Assembly: GCF_008831285.2 (NCBI RefSeq)
Contig: NC_045138.2
Location: forward strand, 40,176,001-40,240,000
DNA: 64,000 bases
Direction: 5' to 3'
Source of the DNA: Nymphaea colorata
Taxonomy: Eukaryota
Shown piece by piece: positions 13,558 to 26,100 of this stretch; the stretch's first letter is position 1, and each line of letters begins with the position of its first letter. A program made the position numbers and the translations under genes. The notes under the pieces were generated by a model. That model saw nothing but the letters and a program-made list of their open reading frames with translations. It had not been told where the DNA came from and searched no databases.

Positions 13558-15558
13558 TTAATTACTTGTAGGATCGGCACTTCCAACATCAGCTTTTGCA
13601 GACCGGCTCTTAAGAAGCTGGAACTCGCTTTCAAGGATTGCTAGCCTATCATCCATCCTGTAGACGTCTCTCTGCAAAATGCTGAATTTTGCATTCCACT
13701 CATCACCAAAGCTGTCTATTTTCTCCACAACCCATTGCATAAAAGAAGCTCTATCTTCTTCCTCGCGTTCAAGCAAGCGCTTTGTCAGTTCATCAGAGGT
13801 AAGAACAAGGCCACCACCAGCCGGTACATCCTTGAAGAGAGGTTCATCCATCTGCGGGCATCGCTTCCTATATTCATCAAACGCCTTCCGAGTGGACTCA
13901 AGCAACTGTTTATAACCTTGGGCTAAGTTGGCCGTGGCATACAGCTCGAACCTCAACCTGGTGAGCTCCGTGCTCATCTTGTACTGGGCGGCCTGCAAGG
14001 AACTGATAATCTGATCTCGATTCCTCAATTCTGCTGTAAATTCCTGCATGTTCAAGTGGGCATTCACGAAAGACTCGTGCTTCTCCATATGAATTTCCCT
14101 CGCTCTGTTGATCCACATGCCAATCTGTTCCATGCAGACATTGAAATCGTTGTCCCACTGAGGATCATGCCTCATCTTCTTCTGGCTCTCATTCTGAAGA
14201 ATGTGCGCATCCTCCAATTCCCTTTTACATCCGTTACCAAACTCAGATACCGAAGAATTCAAATGAAGGAAATTTTTATCCAGCCCCATTGAAATAACAT
14301 CTGGTTCGCTCGGTTCCATGTCGATGTTCTGTGGGACGGGCATGACCGCCAAACCCACGTTCCCCTCCATGGACAGCATATTTTCCGGTAAGGACAGCTG
14401 TTCGAAATTCCGAAAGTCTTCCTCCAATTTTTCTGGAGCCATGCTCGTTCCACCTGCCTCGTTCGAGCTACATGGACGGACTGACCCTTGTTCGCGTTGT
14501 TCATCACCAGCTTCAGCCACCATCTCATTTTCCTCATTGAGCACCTCATTCAGCTCGCTTTCTTGACTACCCGTCTTCGCCTCCCCTTCCCCTCCCTCGT
14601 TCTCATCTGCATCGTCAACTTTAGCCACCTCGTCTTCAACCTCCTCAACAGTTGTGGCCTCGGTAACGGTGGGAACCGTAGCCGGAACAGGATCAGGAGC
14701 AGGAGCATGGGAAACGGGTTCTTCTTCCCTCTCAAATAGCTCAGGCCGCTGTGAGCGGATCAGTATCTGGAAATGCGAAGCGTAGTAGCAGTGGGAGAGA
14801 GCAGGACCTCTGGATAGCTCCTTCTCGGCCATGGACCATATAAGTCCCGCCCAGTCGATCTTCTCGGGCTCGCCAGCGTCCAGGAAGCGGATTGCGCCCG
14901 TGATCTCGTCGGGAATCACCAGTGCATCCTCCGCATTGACGAAGATGCAGTTCATAATGAAATCCTTGACGGCCGAGAGATCATCCGGAACTCCAGCGTC
15001 GGCAGAGGCCTCGGGCTCAATGGCTTCGGTCGGGTTGCGGTCCTTCTTGAGTGGAAGCCTCAGGGCTCGAGCGAGGTCTGCCCGGCTCACCTTGATGCGG
15101 ACGTCAGCGACGGTACTCGATCGGGAGTTCGGGTCATAGCAGGCGACAAGAGACGCGAGGAAATCCAGCCGGAGGTCGCGGTCGAATTCGAGGGTGGCGA
15201 AACCCCAGAGGCCAAGTCGCCGAAAGAGACGCTCGTGCTTGGCGAAGTGGGAAAAGGGCTTGCCAGGGGAGAAGGGCACCGGCCGCAGGCACTGCCTCAG
15301 CGCCTCCATCTTCTTCTGTTCAGCCGCGAGTTTCCTCGCTGTCTTCTTCTTCCGATTGGTCCCCGGCCTCTTACCCCCGGCCTCCGGCAGGTGAACGGCC
15401 GGAGTTACGATGTCGTCGGAGAGATCGACGGCGTCCGCGCGAGAAGGGCTCGTCGTCGCCGCTGGTTCCTTTTCGTCTGGATCCTCAATCTGCAGTGGAT
15501 CCATGGCGCTGGAGTTGGGGTTAGGGTTAGGGTTTAAGGTGGAATTTCTGGTCCGCAT
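13558..15558 (-). CDS. Intronless 666-aa uncharacterised protein resembling the Arabidopsis At3g58110/At2g42370 family; basic NLS-like patch, acidic linker, C-terminal coiled coil
   Basis: Uninterrupted 2-kb ORF. The block LRPVPFSP...HERLFRRLGLWGFATLEFD...KVSRADLARALRLPLKKD resembles At3g58110 as I recall it. The true start may be the second ATG (15504, context GCGCCATGG). Confidence 0.85.
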   Translation of the reverse strand: MRTRNSTLNPNPNPNSSAMDPLQIEDPDEKEPAATTSPSRADAVDLSDDIVTPAVHLPEAGGKRPGTNRKKKTARKLAAEQKKMEALRQCLRPVPFSPGKPFSHFAKHERLFRRLGLWGFATLEFDRDLRLDFLASLVACYDPNSRSSTVADVRIKVSRADLARALRLPLKKDRNPTEAIEPEASADAGVPDDLSAVKDFIMNCIFVNAEDALVIPDEITGAIRFLDAGEPEKIDWAGLIWSMAEKELSRGPALSHCYYASHFQILIRSQRPELFEREEEPVSHAPAPDPVPATVPTVTEATTVEEVEDEVAKVDDADENEGGEGEAKTGSQESELNEVLNEENEMVAEAGDEQREQGSVRPCSSNEAGGTSMAPEKLEEDFRNFEQLSLPENMLSMEGNVGLAVMPVPQNIDMEPSEPDVISMGLDKNFLHLNSSVSEFGNGCKRELEDAHILQNESQKKMRHDPQWDNDFNVCMEQIGMWINRAREIHMEKHESFVNAHLNMQEFTAELRNRDQIISSLQAAQYKMSTELTRLRFELYATANLAQGYKQLLESTRKAFDEYRKRCPQMDEPLFKDVPAGGGLVLTSDELTKRLLEREEEDRASFMQWVVEKIDSFGDEWNAKFSILQRDVYRMDDRLAILESEFQLLKSRSAKADVGSADPTSN

Positions 15559-17183
15559 AGGGGAAGAGTCGGCAAATTTGTAAAGGGGGAAGAGAGAGAC
15601 AAAGATTCCCGTTACCTGCTACTTCAAGAAACGAATAAGGGAACGCTTCTATTTGAGAAATATCGTTTTCTGGTCTTCATTTTGTTCATAATTTCAAAAA
15701 CAAGTTCATTTTTTTAATTGTTTAATAACAATCCCAGTGTTTTCATAATAACTGCCAAATAAAAAACAAAAAGTAAGTTTCGGCTAATCCGAACAAGACA
15801 AATTGTTAGCTAAACCATTAAAAGGATAATTCAGTAACAAAGTAACATTAATATTGTTACAGCTAAATTAGAACTTTTTTACTTTCAGTAAAATTTACCT
15901 CAAGCTTCTGTTTGACAAAAGAGAAAAGTAGTTTTATTAAAAAATTGTAAAATATTTTTTCCTAAATTATAGGCACAAAAACAAGCTTGAGAACAGAGAT
16001 TCGCCTTCTCCTTTATAAGTGGGTAGTTGCCATGGCCAGACCATAACGAATTCAAGATGGTTTAAAGTTATGCCGTGTATTATCCCTTGGTAAAACAAGA
16101 GGAGGATTTCAATAGCTTGGATCTTAAACCCACGCCTTACGAACAAGAGCATGGATTTGAGGTCAGATCTGGAGTGGTTCGACCTCACGTCTATGGAACT
16201 CAGATCAGATCACCAAGGATCTCAAACTTGCGGTAAACAAACACTAAGGAATTGTATATGTTTATACCGCGAGAAACGACAAATATGCAAGTGTATACAT
16301 TATAACCATAGATTAAGAGATAAAGAAATAAAAAAAAGGAACCAAACTTATGAGGCTTTTTTTATAATGAAGAAACTACATTGAGAGAAAGAACCAGGGC
16401 CATAATACCCCGTGGCCGGTGGCTCTATGTTGTCAGTATCTCTCTTCATGCCGTACATAAATCACCTGCTACCAACTTATCTCTCTCTTAAATCAACCAA
16501 TAAATGTTCCAAAATATTTAACATAACAAAAAGTACTGTTTCCAACTCCTGTATCAATGAGCTTACTTTGGATCTGAGACTGATAACTTGCATGCCTTCA
16601 GGACATATACATGTTTTGACTTTTATACGAAACCTGGCCCGAAATTTCCAGGCTAAGTTCATTTTACGTACACCGAAACTATTTGATGATGTCCATAAGA
16701 AGATTGATTAGGAATAAGCACTCTTCCGTCACACTGATACGCCGCAGGGACCAGGCCACGGTAATAAAAAGCGACAAATTTTTTCAAGTTAGACAATGAA
16801 GCATTACAACATCCATCAATTAAGAACCAACTTAAATCTTTTGTGTAAAGATATCAGGTGCGACAATTTTTATGTAAAATGATCTAGTGGAAACTCAAAC
16901 CATGCGACATCTTCCTGAGCATAATCCCAGCAGGCTAACAGGCTAGAAACTAAAAAACGAAAAAAAAACAACGGAAATTATATGATCAGACACAGAGATA
17001 TGGTACATCAACGCAAAAACTTCAACGCTGCTCTATTTTTAGGATCTACCAAAAGAGAAGTTGCCCTAACCAATGCTCTCATCATCTCCAAAGTCGTCCC
17101 TGTACTTCAATATGGAAGCGCCCCACCAATACAAAGAGCCGAACTACAATTACTACTACGTTTTGAAGACAACTGCGGAATGT

Positions 17184-20100
17184 TCAACGGAACCCCCTCC
17201 CCCTGCCACGACCACCCCAATATCCTCCTCCCCTCCCTCCTCTTCCACCGCGAGAAATACCTGCCAATGCAACATTGACAAGCTGGTTTGGAGCACCACC
17301 ACCGCCACGGCCCTTTTTCCCTGTTGCACCATTAGTCGCAATAGCTGTGGCACTTCGCTTAATCCTGCAAACCATGGACTAACTCTTAAAAAGAATACCA
17401 AACTAGCAGATGAATAACAAGCAAAGCTAACAAATGGATCTATGTGCATGTGTGTCCGGAACCATTTCATACCCTGCACCTCCTGATACCCCACCACCAG
17501 CTGGTGCTGCTGGCTGAGCTTTCACTGCTTCTTTCCAGGAGAGATTGATTTTCTTGTCCCCAATGAAAGTTGGTGCTTTTGAATGCAATGGCTGTACATG
17601 AACAGCATTAGTAAGGATCTGCAGTCTTCCTATCAACTGGTCTCAAAAATTATAAGCAAATAATTGCTTCACCTGTGTCATTGCCAATATGTTATTGCAT
17701 GTTCTCAAACCCACTGTCGTGTTTTGTTTCTTTAATTTCTGCACCAGATCCATATTCGTTAAGGGGGATAGAGAGCAAGAGTGTGTGTGAGAGAGAGAGA
17801 GGGTGCTGGTCTAATCGGAGAAAGGGGACAACTCACAATAGCAGCTTTTGCCTCCTCAGTCTTGGCAGAGGCCACAGCCTTATTGTGTTCTGCCATTCCT
17901 TGGGTAAGCTTTTTAATGGTAGCTTTTGCCAGATCCTCAATGTTTGACAATCTGAAACAGCATGAATGGCCACATGTTAGAAAGGAAGAAAATCATACTC
18001 CTGGAAATGGTTGCATCACATCTTCTTTTTTTTGCATTAAAAATAAGCAGCAGGACTATACATGAATTTTAGCCAAATAAATTGGAGAATGGCATTAAGC
18101 CAACGGCAGACCCACATCCATAGTTAACTGCACTAGAGCAGCAGCTCCTAGGTATAAGTAAGGACAAAATAAAAAGCTCTGCAATGAAAGAAGTTTGTGG
18201 ACCGAAGGCAAGGGCAACTGGCAATGACAATATGCTTTTCACATTCTTGAAAAATAATAATAATAATCATTGTCCACCACCATTCAGGTAAGCAGTCCTT
18301 CAAGCATTTAGGACAGTCGTTTGAGGCTAAGCTGTAGATAAAGGAACTAAAATCAAACATGAAAGAGAATTAAGAAATGGACGGCATGAATCCTCAAGCA
18401 TGTGAAAGCGCAACCAAGAAACCATATTTAGTTAAATCATAGTTATCAGGACAAAAAAGGAATACAGTAACGTCAAGAAGGAAAACAAGCCTAACATATT
18501 GCCAAAAAGTGGAAAGTGTCAAGCTTCTGAGTTTCAGAAATGTGCTTCATTGAAGCAATATTCCTCTTTAGAAAGAAACCTCAGGTAATTATGGATTAAA
18601 CTTTAAATATAAAGGGGTTAAACTTTAAATATAAAGCCTTATTTGAAGAACTACCATATGCACCTTTACACAAGAAGGTCGATAAGGACATGAGTTCCTC
18701 TCATTGGCCGCTCATCCATATTGCCCTTTAGAACCATTTTGCGCTTAATAGATCAAAAAAGTAAGATTCTAACTTGTAACCACTATCATAAATATTATTC
18801 TCAGGTTTTACTGGGGATCTTTTCTTTAGCTATTAAATGGAAAGTTTTTCTTTTTGTGAAAATTTGAGAAATTTCAAAAGCTATATTTTGTGAAAAAATA
18901 ACAGAAATAATTATGAAAAATTGAGTTTTTTTCTACTAATTTTCTTACAAAAACATTGATCAAGATCCAAAAGTAGTTTAAACATTAAAAGAAAGATACA
19001 AAATTTACAATATATATCTAAAACATGATATTTTCATTTTTGGGATTTTCTTAGAATATCATGAATTTTTCTTTTTTTCATTTTTCTGTTTTCACTTTTT
19101 TTCCCTTTATAAAGAAAACAAACATGCAACATGCCTGTACAAGCCCATCTTACTCCCACGGATATAGAATCAGGAGGAAAAAACGAGAATCCAGCCACGA
19201 CAGAATTTCACTAGTAGAATTTAGAGGAACGGCCGAAAATACACATCAATAATTCATGATAGAGTACATAGGATGATTTTGTAGAATCTTGGCTCCCAGT
19301 TAAACGTGCCATCTCTTTGGCTGCCCAATGGACCACATCAGTCCACAAATCACGAGTTAAATGAAAAAGAAAGGCTCCACTTTTGAAATCATAAACAACA
19401 AAAGACAATTGATTCACTTAGGCAACATTTGAAATCTCATTAGTTTCCCAGATGTTTATGATAATTTATCCATGCAGCCAAAAGTTTGCTTAGGCTAGCT
19501 TGGATCCTTAGTGGTTTCGGTGACCAAAATAACTAGCATGCCTACAAGCACACTTAATGCACTGAAACATACAATGCCTAGGATAGTCATGCCAAGCATT
19601 AATGATGAAAAAATTCCATTTTTTGGCAAGATAACAAAAATGAGTTGTAACCCACTTTTCTTCTATATTCCCCTTTTTTCCCACCGATTACTTGCTCTTC
19701 CATTTTCCTTTTCCTAACATTTATTATTTTTCTTCTTCTTGTTTGTTGGGGCATCCCATTCCTCTTTGCCTTTTTCATCCTTCTTCCACTCTCTGTCTTT
19801 CTTTCTTACTACGAACCTATGAACAGAATTTGTTTGTGGTTTTTCCTGCATTTCTTTTTCAGTTGCTGTAAAATGAAGTCTGTCTAGTCATTAGATAATG
19901 TTAGTCAATTTATGGTTTATTCCTTCACATAGTACACTGGTTATGTCCTTAGTAATGTTTCTGGGGATAGTTTACATAATTTTCTGTTAGTTTCATGTTG
20001 TCTTTTAGTGTTGTCATTGTATGTTATGAAGTTTTAATTATGGAATATGTATATAAACATACATATTAGTGCCTAACCTATTTTACCTTTTTAGGTTAAC

Positions 20101-23100
20101 GTAGAATGTATTAAGTTCTTAGTTCATTTCTAAGCAGTTAGATCAATTGATCTATTGAATTAATTGAGTCTTGTATGCATTTTTCATATGTGCCTTAGTT
20201 GTCAACCTAGGAACTAGCCGATCCAACTAGTAGCCTAGTCATCTTAGGCACTAGTCAACTGACTATCCCACAGGCATTAGGTTGTCGGGCCCACCATAGG
20301 AATTAGTCCAATGACTAGTCCCCAAAGTGGGCCTTTATGAAAAAGTATGTTTCACATCATCAATAAAGTTTTACAAAGTTTTATTTGCTTTTTAATAGCT
20401 TTCCTTTAACCTATTCCCAGACTCGGTTTTTCCATTAACTTTACTTTAACCATGGTCATAAGCATAGTCTTCAAGTTCTTATTGGCAAAATTTTTTTTTC
20501 GAGCATTAAGCGATAAGTTTTTTTCTAGGGAAAATTTTAGGAACCCAAAAAATTTAAAATACAAAAAAGTGATAGAAAGAATGTGGAATTTTTAGGTTTT
20601 CTACAATTTTCTAACAAAACGTGGATCAAATCCACAAGAGCTATGAAAATATCAAAAGAAACACAAAAAAATTCAAATATATTAAAAAATGTTTATGGAG
20701 AAAGGAAAAAAATGCAAGAAGACGTGATATTTTCATTTTCTTCAACTTTTCAAAATATCATGATCTTTCCCTTCTGTTTTTTCCCTGATTTTCTCCTTCA
20801 AAAAAAAAATCAGCGACATTTTTTACTTTCTCTATATATATAATATATATGTACATGATGTGTCTGTGTGTGTGTGTGTAGGTAGAGAGAGACACCGCAA
20901 CTTCACGGTTTTGATTGCATACTAACTTATAAAAGTTTGTATGGCAAGTGCTTTATGGTTGAATTACCAGTCAAGCACCTTCTGGTTGGAGTTGGAATGA
21001 CATTGACATAAACACTAAAGGCTCCACATTCAAGGACAGACCACTAAAGTTTAAAACTTGATGCAAACTAGGACTTCTCTAAATAAATTAACTAGGCAAT
21101 TGATAGCTCTTCAAGTTTTGGAAAATAAAGAGGAGATTTTATATCAAAAAGTTTTCCCCACAAGAGTTTGTTAATAGAAGCTACTAGACAACCTGAGAGC
21201 CGATTCATGATGCTTTGCGTGATATATTCAATATTATTCACTATTCAATCAATAATATTTGTACAAAAAATTGTCACAGATGGGCTGCTTCAACTCTAAA
21301 TGATTACTTTTAGTCCAGAAGTCCTTCAAGCTTCATCAGTTAGACTAACATCACCATCTCTTCAGTAAAGAGCATGTAAGTTCATTTCAATTTTCAACAG
21401 GAATGTATCAGGAGTTGGATAACAACTTTTAGAAACATAAACTGATAAAGATGAAAGCTCCCAGAGGAAAGATCAGAAACAGAGTTTAAATATCACCAGA
21501 CCAAAGATCAAGAACAAGAAGCTGAATTACCACCAAGAATGTCAAGGACTCAAGAATGAATTCCAAGAACTTTCTCATCAACCACCCTAAGGTGGAAATT
21601 TGAAATTGAACAAGATCAGGCCACCTGACTACAGTCGATAGCCATTCAACAAATTACAACTAAGCAACCTTGCCTGACATGCCACAATCTCTATGTATTC
21701 ATTTGGCAGAATATTTCTTCAACAAAGTGAAATGTCAAAAGACTCAAAAACTACTAATCAAAATAACTAGAGTTTCATACAAACGTTGCAAATGATGAAA
21801 AACAAAGCAAGTTTGTAACTTCAGATTCCTCACCTTTCCATGAAGTCCTTGTTAATATCTGAAAAATCCTCACCAAGCCTGTCTGATGGCTGGCCAGTCA
21901 CTATCTTATAGCCACAAAGACTATTTGTTGAATTAGGTGTCTGCATGATAATGATTAAAAACCCATCCAATTAGGAAAAACAAAGGCAACAATTAGACAA
22001 GATATTGGAAATAACATCATCACCATGATCTAAATAGTCCACACCTTATGAGCAAGATGATGAAATGTATAAAGTAGACATTCAACATATGTAAAGTTCA
22101 TTTCTTCACCAGTTTTTCTGCGAGGCATATACTTCTGAAAAGAAATGAATACATCAGTTAGACAAAGGCTGGCAACTGTGAGCATGTTGAACTCTGAATA
22201 CATGACTCACAGGAAACCTCAAGTTCAGAGAAAGGGAAGCCTAAGTTCCATCAAAATTAAATAAAATCAGATAAGGCAATCTGTGAACACCTTTAATAGG
22301 TTGAGTACAGATGGAAGAAGTTGGCGTGCATCCTGTGGTGTTGTATAGGGTGAGGCTTCAGCAACACTCTTTAGCAAATCCTGTTTTCTTTCTTCTGGAA
22401 GCTGAAAAGGAAATAGAACACCATAAATGAGAAAAAGGACCGCAAGGCCAACAATTTGGGTCAAGAGAACTTAGACAAGAGTAAAAAGTACATTGATGCC
22501 ACAGAACACAGCGTTCTGTAGTAACAATAAGGTTGAGCCAGCATTTGCAATTTTGCATACAAACACAGGCGGCAGAAAGCACAGATGGAATGTTCAGTTG
22601 AAACAATTCCAGCATTCTGCCACATTTATTACGAGTGCCATTTCGCCCTGCTCAACATAAACAACATTGCAGGATTTTTCAACAACTTCTGGTCCGTACG
22701 GGATGCACAAGCAGGAGAAGTAGGCCTCCCCGTTCCATGCTTGCCAGGAACAGGAACCAAACATCCTCAAAGGCTTAAGTGACAGAATTGAACAACACAT
22801 AAAATAGTACCCAAATAATTCAGAGATCAAAACATGCTCCAATGGAGTGAAATTGCAACAAAAACTGTTTTATTACAAAATACATTCACAATAGAGGAAG
22901 AGCAAAGTAGAGCACACAATGTGACACATCATATAGATCATGACACGACACAAAGTATGGAAACAACTAGAACCAAGTTTAAACTAATCTGAACACAAAT
23001 CATCTAAATATTTTTGTGCTGTTCCGTCTTCACATATAAACACTTCGGTCATGCAATAGAAAAGGCGAGGGGTTCCCAGGATCCAGAAACCATATCCGAT

Positions 23101-26100
23101 CGGGCTGGTTTATCAATCGGGGTATGGCTTGACAAGGCAGAATATGTATGCAAATCTTCTTCCCATAGTCACAAAAAACACGTTTTTTTTTCAAAATTAA
23201 CGCATTAAAAGCACGAAAAACAAGTTCGCCGAATAAAACGACAAAAAAACATTTTTTAAAAAAATGCCAAACAAAAAAAAACGTGTTTTTCGGTGTGTTT
23301 TTTTTCCTTTCATTTTAGGTGTTTTGTTCATGTTTTTGTAATGTCAGACTGCTTGTTTCCATTTTCTAACTTTTATTTATTGCTTATCTACTTATTTTTT
23401 ATGTCGTCTTATTAGTTTCTCATTTAATTTTTTCTCTAATTTTTAAGAATTTTTAAATTTTTTCAAAAATTTACTGTATTTTTCCCGTTGATATTCAAGC
23501 TCGCCATATTATATTCAAGAAAAACCTCGCTGCTTAAAATGCGAAAACGATATTTGTGACTATGGTGCAAACATATACATAAAGAGGCAACTTGGGACAT
23601 CAATAAACCAACAAGAGATTCCAAACAAAAACATAGAGAAGAGACACATTAATATAAAATGTATTGGCAGAATAGATTATGACTTGTTAAATGCAAACCA
23701 GTTAATAGTTCTTCTCAATGTTATCAAAGGCGTAGCGTATCGCGTATCGGTCGGCCGACCTATACGCCGCATCGTAACGTATCGTAAAAATTAAAAAATA
23801 TTAAAAAATCATAAAAAATATAAAAAAATCATAAAAATCCAAAAAAAAAATCCAAAAAATAAGCAAAAATCGGAAAAAATCAAGAAAAATGTATTTAAAG
23901 GAACATTCATGTATATGAAGTATGAAGTATGAACAACACATTCCAAAATAAGAAATGAGACATTCAAAATAACATAATAAGCAGTCGAAGAGAATTCGAT
24001 TACATCACAATTCATAAGTTCAAAAGTCAAAAGATATCATCTTTCATGATTCAACAATAATCCTCGTCAATAGTCCCCACAACGAGAAAGAAAGCTTCTT
24101 TACTGGCAAAGCTTGATGCAAATGGAGAAAATCTCTCTCTCTCACGTCTCTTGCAATGTTTAGAAACAAGAAAAGAGAGAGAGGAGCGTAGTTTTAAAAG
24201 AACACACAAAAAAGGGGCCGTCGGGCCCCTTTTTAATTTTTCTCCCATATCGTGTATCGCCCGTATCATGCGATACGGGTGATACGTGTACGATACGCAT
24301 GCATATCGCGTATCGAACGTGTATCGTATAGGTTTCTTCGACCTATACGATACGTGTGCGTATCTTACGATACGGATAACATTGGTTCTTCTATCATTCA
24401 TAGACAGATAAGCAAAAAGCAGAGCCCAAAACAAGGAACTTTCGATAGAATAAAAATTTAGTGGCGCCAAATATGTGAAATCTTTATGGTTGTTGTTTGG
24501 TGGCCAAGTTTCAACTTTCCTTTCTTAATCATTTTCATGTTCATGGTGCCCTTTATGGAACCATCTTATCCATATTGCACCAAATGCTTAGACTAATCAT
24601 ACACCAAGCCATAGACAAGAGGTACAAGTAAGAGGAAGTAGTTACAAAAGAGGCGAAAATAATAACAGGCTAAAGAAGATCAAAATGCATGATTAAACAT
24701 TCATGTTTCAGAATGGCAACTTATCTTGTGACAGTTTGACTATGTCACATATACCCTCCTGATGAAATAATGAAGTCAACAGAAAGTGGGAGCTTTGAAC
24801 TAAAAGCTAATACTATTGATGGAAAATTAATGAATTTACCTTATCGAAGACGGGGAGAATGTGTTTGTTTAGATAAATCAAAAACTTGCTGTTTGATGCA
24901 CCTCTCTGAAGAAAAAAAAGTTACAAGTATATTTGTATCCCTTAAAACATCTATACTTCCAAGTTCCAAGTAAAAAAGATTCCGTACTGGCATAAGAAGA
25001 GCATACCATGTAGAATGGAAGAGCCATGTACAGGCATGACATTAGCCTATCAATATGATCATTATCTGAAACCTGAAACCAACAAACTTGAAACATAAAT
25101 TATCATAACTAATATTGAAAACAATCAAAAGAAACTATTGGTTTCTGTGCATGTGTGTGTGTGTGTATGTTGTGCTGTGGGTTCCTTTTCTGACTCTGCT
25201 TGAGAAGATTGGTTCATATCTCAAATTACACAGCATACTGAAGAAGACCACATGAACACAACAATAAAATAATAATAATAATAATAAAGATAAACACAAA
25301 ATTACAAGAAGCACAGACACAAAAGCTTACATTAAATTGGGCATCCAAATCGGCTTGCCCTTCAATAATTTCAATAAGTTCCTGGACACGCTCAGAAGGG
25401 GCCTTCTCTCCAAATATACTTAAACTCTTCAGGAAATCCATAAACATTTTGAACTCTGCACCTGTCACATCTTGCAAGCACTTCAACAAGAAAAATGACA
25501 TTTTGTCAGAGAGAGAAGAACAACAGGAAGTATAGGTCAACAAAATTTTCCTTTTGACTCCCCAATGATACTGAACTTTATCTTGTTCTATAAATAGAGA
25601 AAAACAGAATAGGAGGACAGTGATTGTATCCATTGCTGAAACCTTTTGATGTCCTCTCCACCTACTATGGAGTACGAACTGCATCGTCATTGTGGCAAAC
25701 AATGCATCTCATGGGTCTAAAATACTAGATTGGCTGATAAAGTTATAAAACCCGTCAACCCTGGACCCTAAGTAAAAGAATCAGCCATTCTGAGCAAATG
25801 TAGAGCACAATAAATGAGTTCGTAAAGTGACCACAAACTAATTATGATAAGACAAACAAAGAGAAAAAATCAAAATATTTTATTCCAACTGCAACCATCC
25901 ACGAAGGAAATTGCCAAAGATGTGATTTATTCATGCCTATGCAAAGAAGATGGACCATAAACTGAAATGAAGCGTTAGTTAAAGACTTAAATCCCACTTT
26001 CATCTTCTCAGTTCTCAGCAACATGGTCAATGAATTACCTTCTTCACCAAGTCAGTAACATGTCTCTCCATTTGCTCCTGAGGCTTCAAGAGCTCAGATT

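Noticed and set aside
13679..15537. Multiple antisense/overlapping ORFs over the 666-aa gene (similar ones over the protease, peroxidase and GDSL exons)
   Set aside because: Shadow ORFs of GC-rich coding sequence with no recognisable motifs.
24051..24470. 139-aa ORF in API5 intron 9
   Set aside because: Arises from MITE subterminal CGTATCG repeats and crosses the element boundary.
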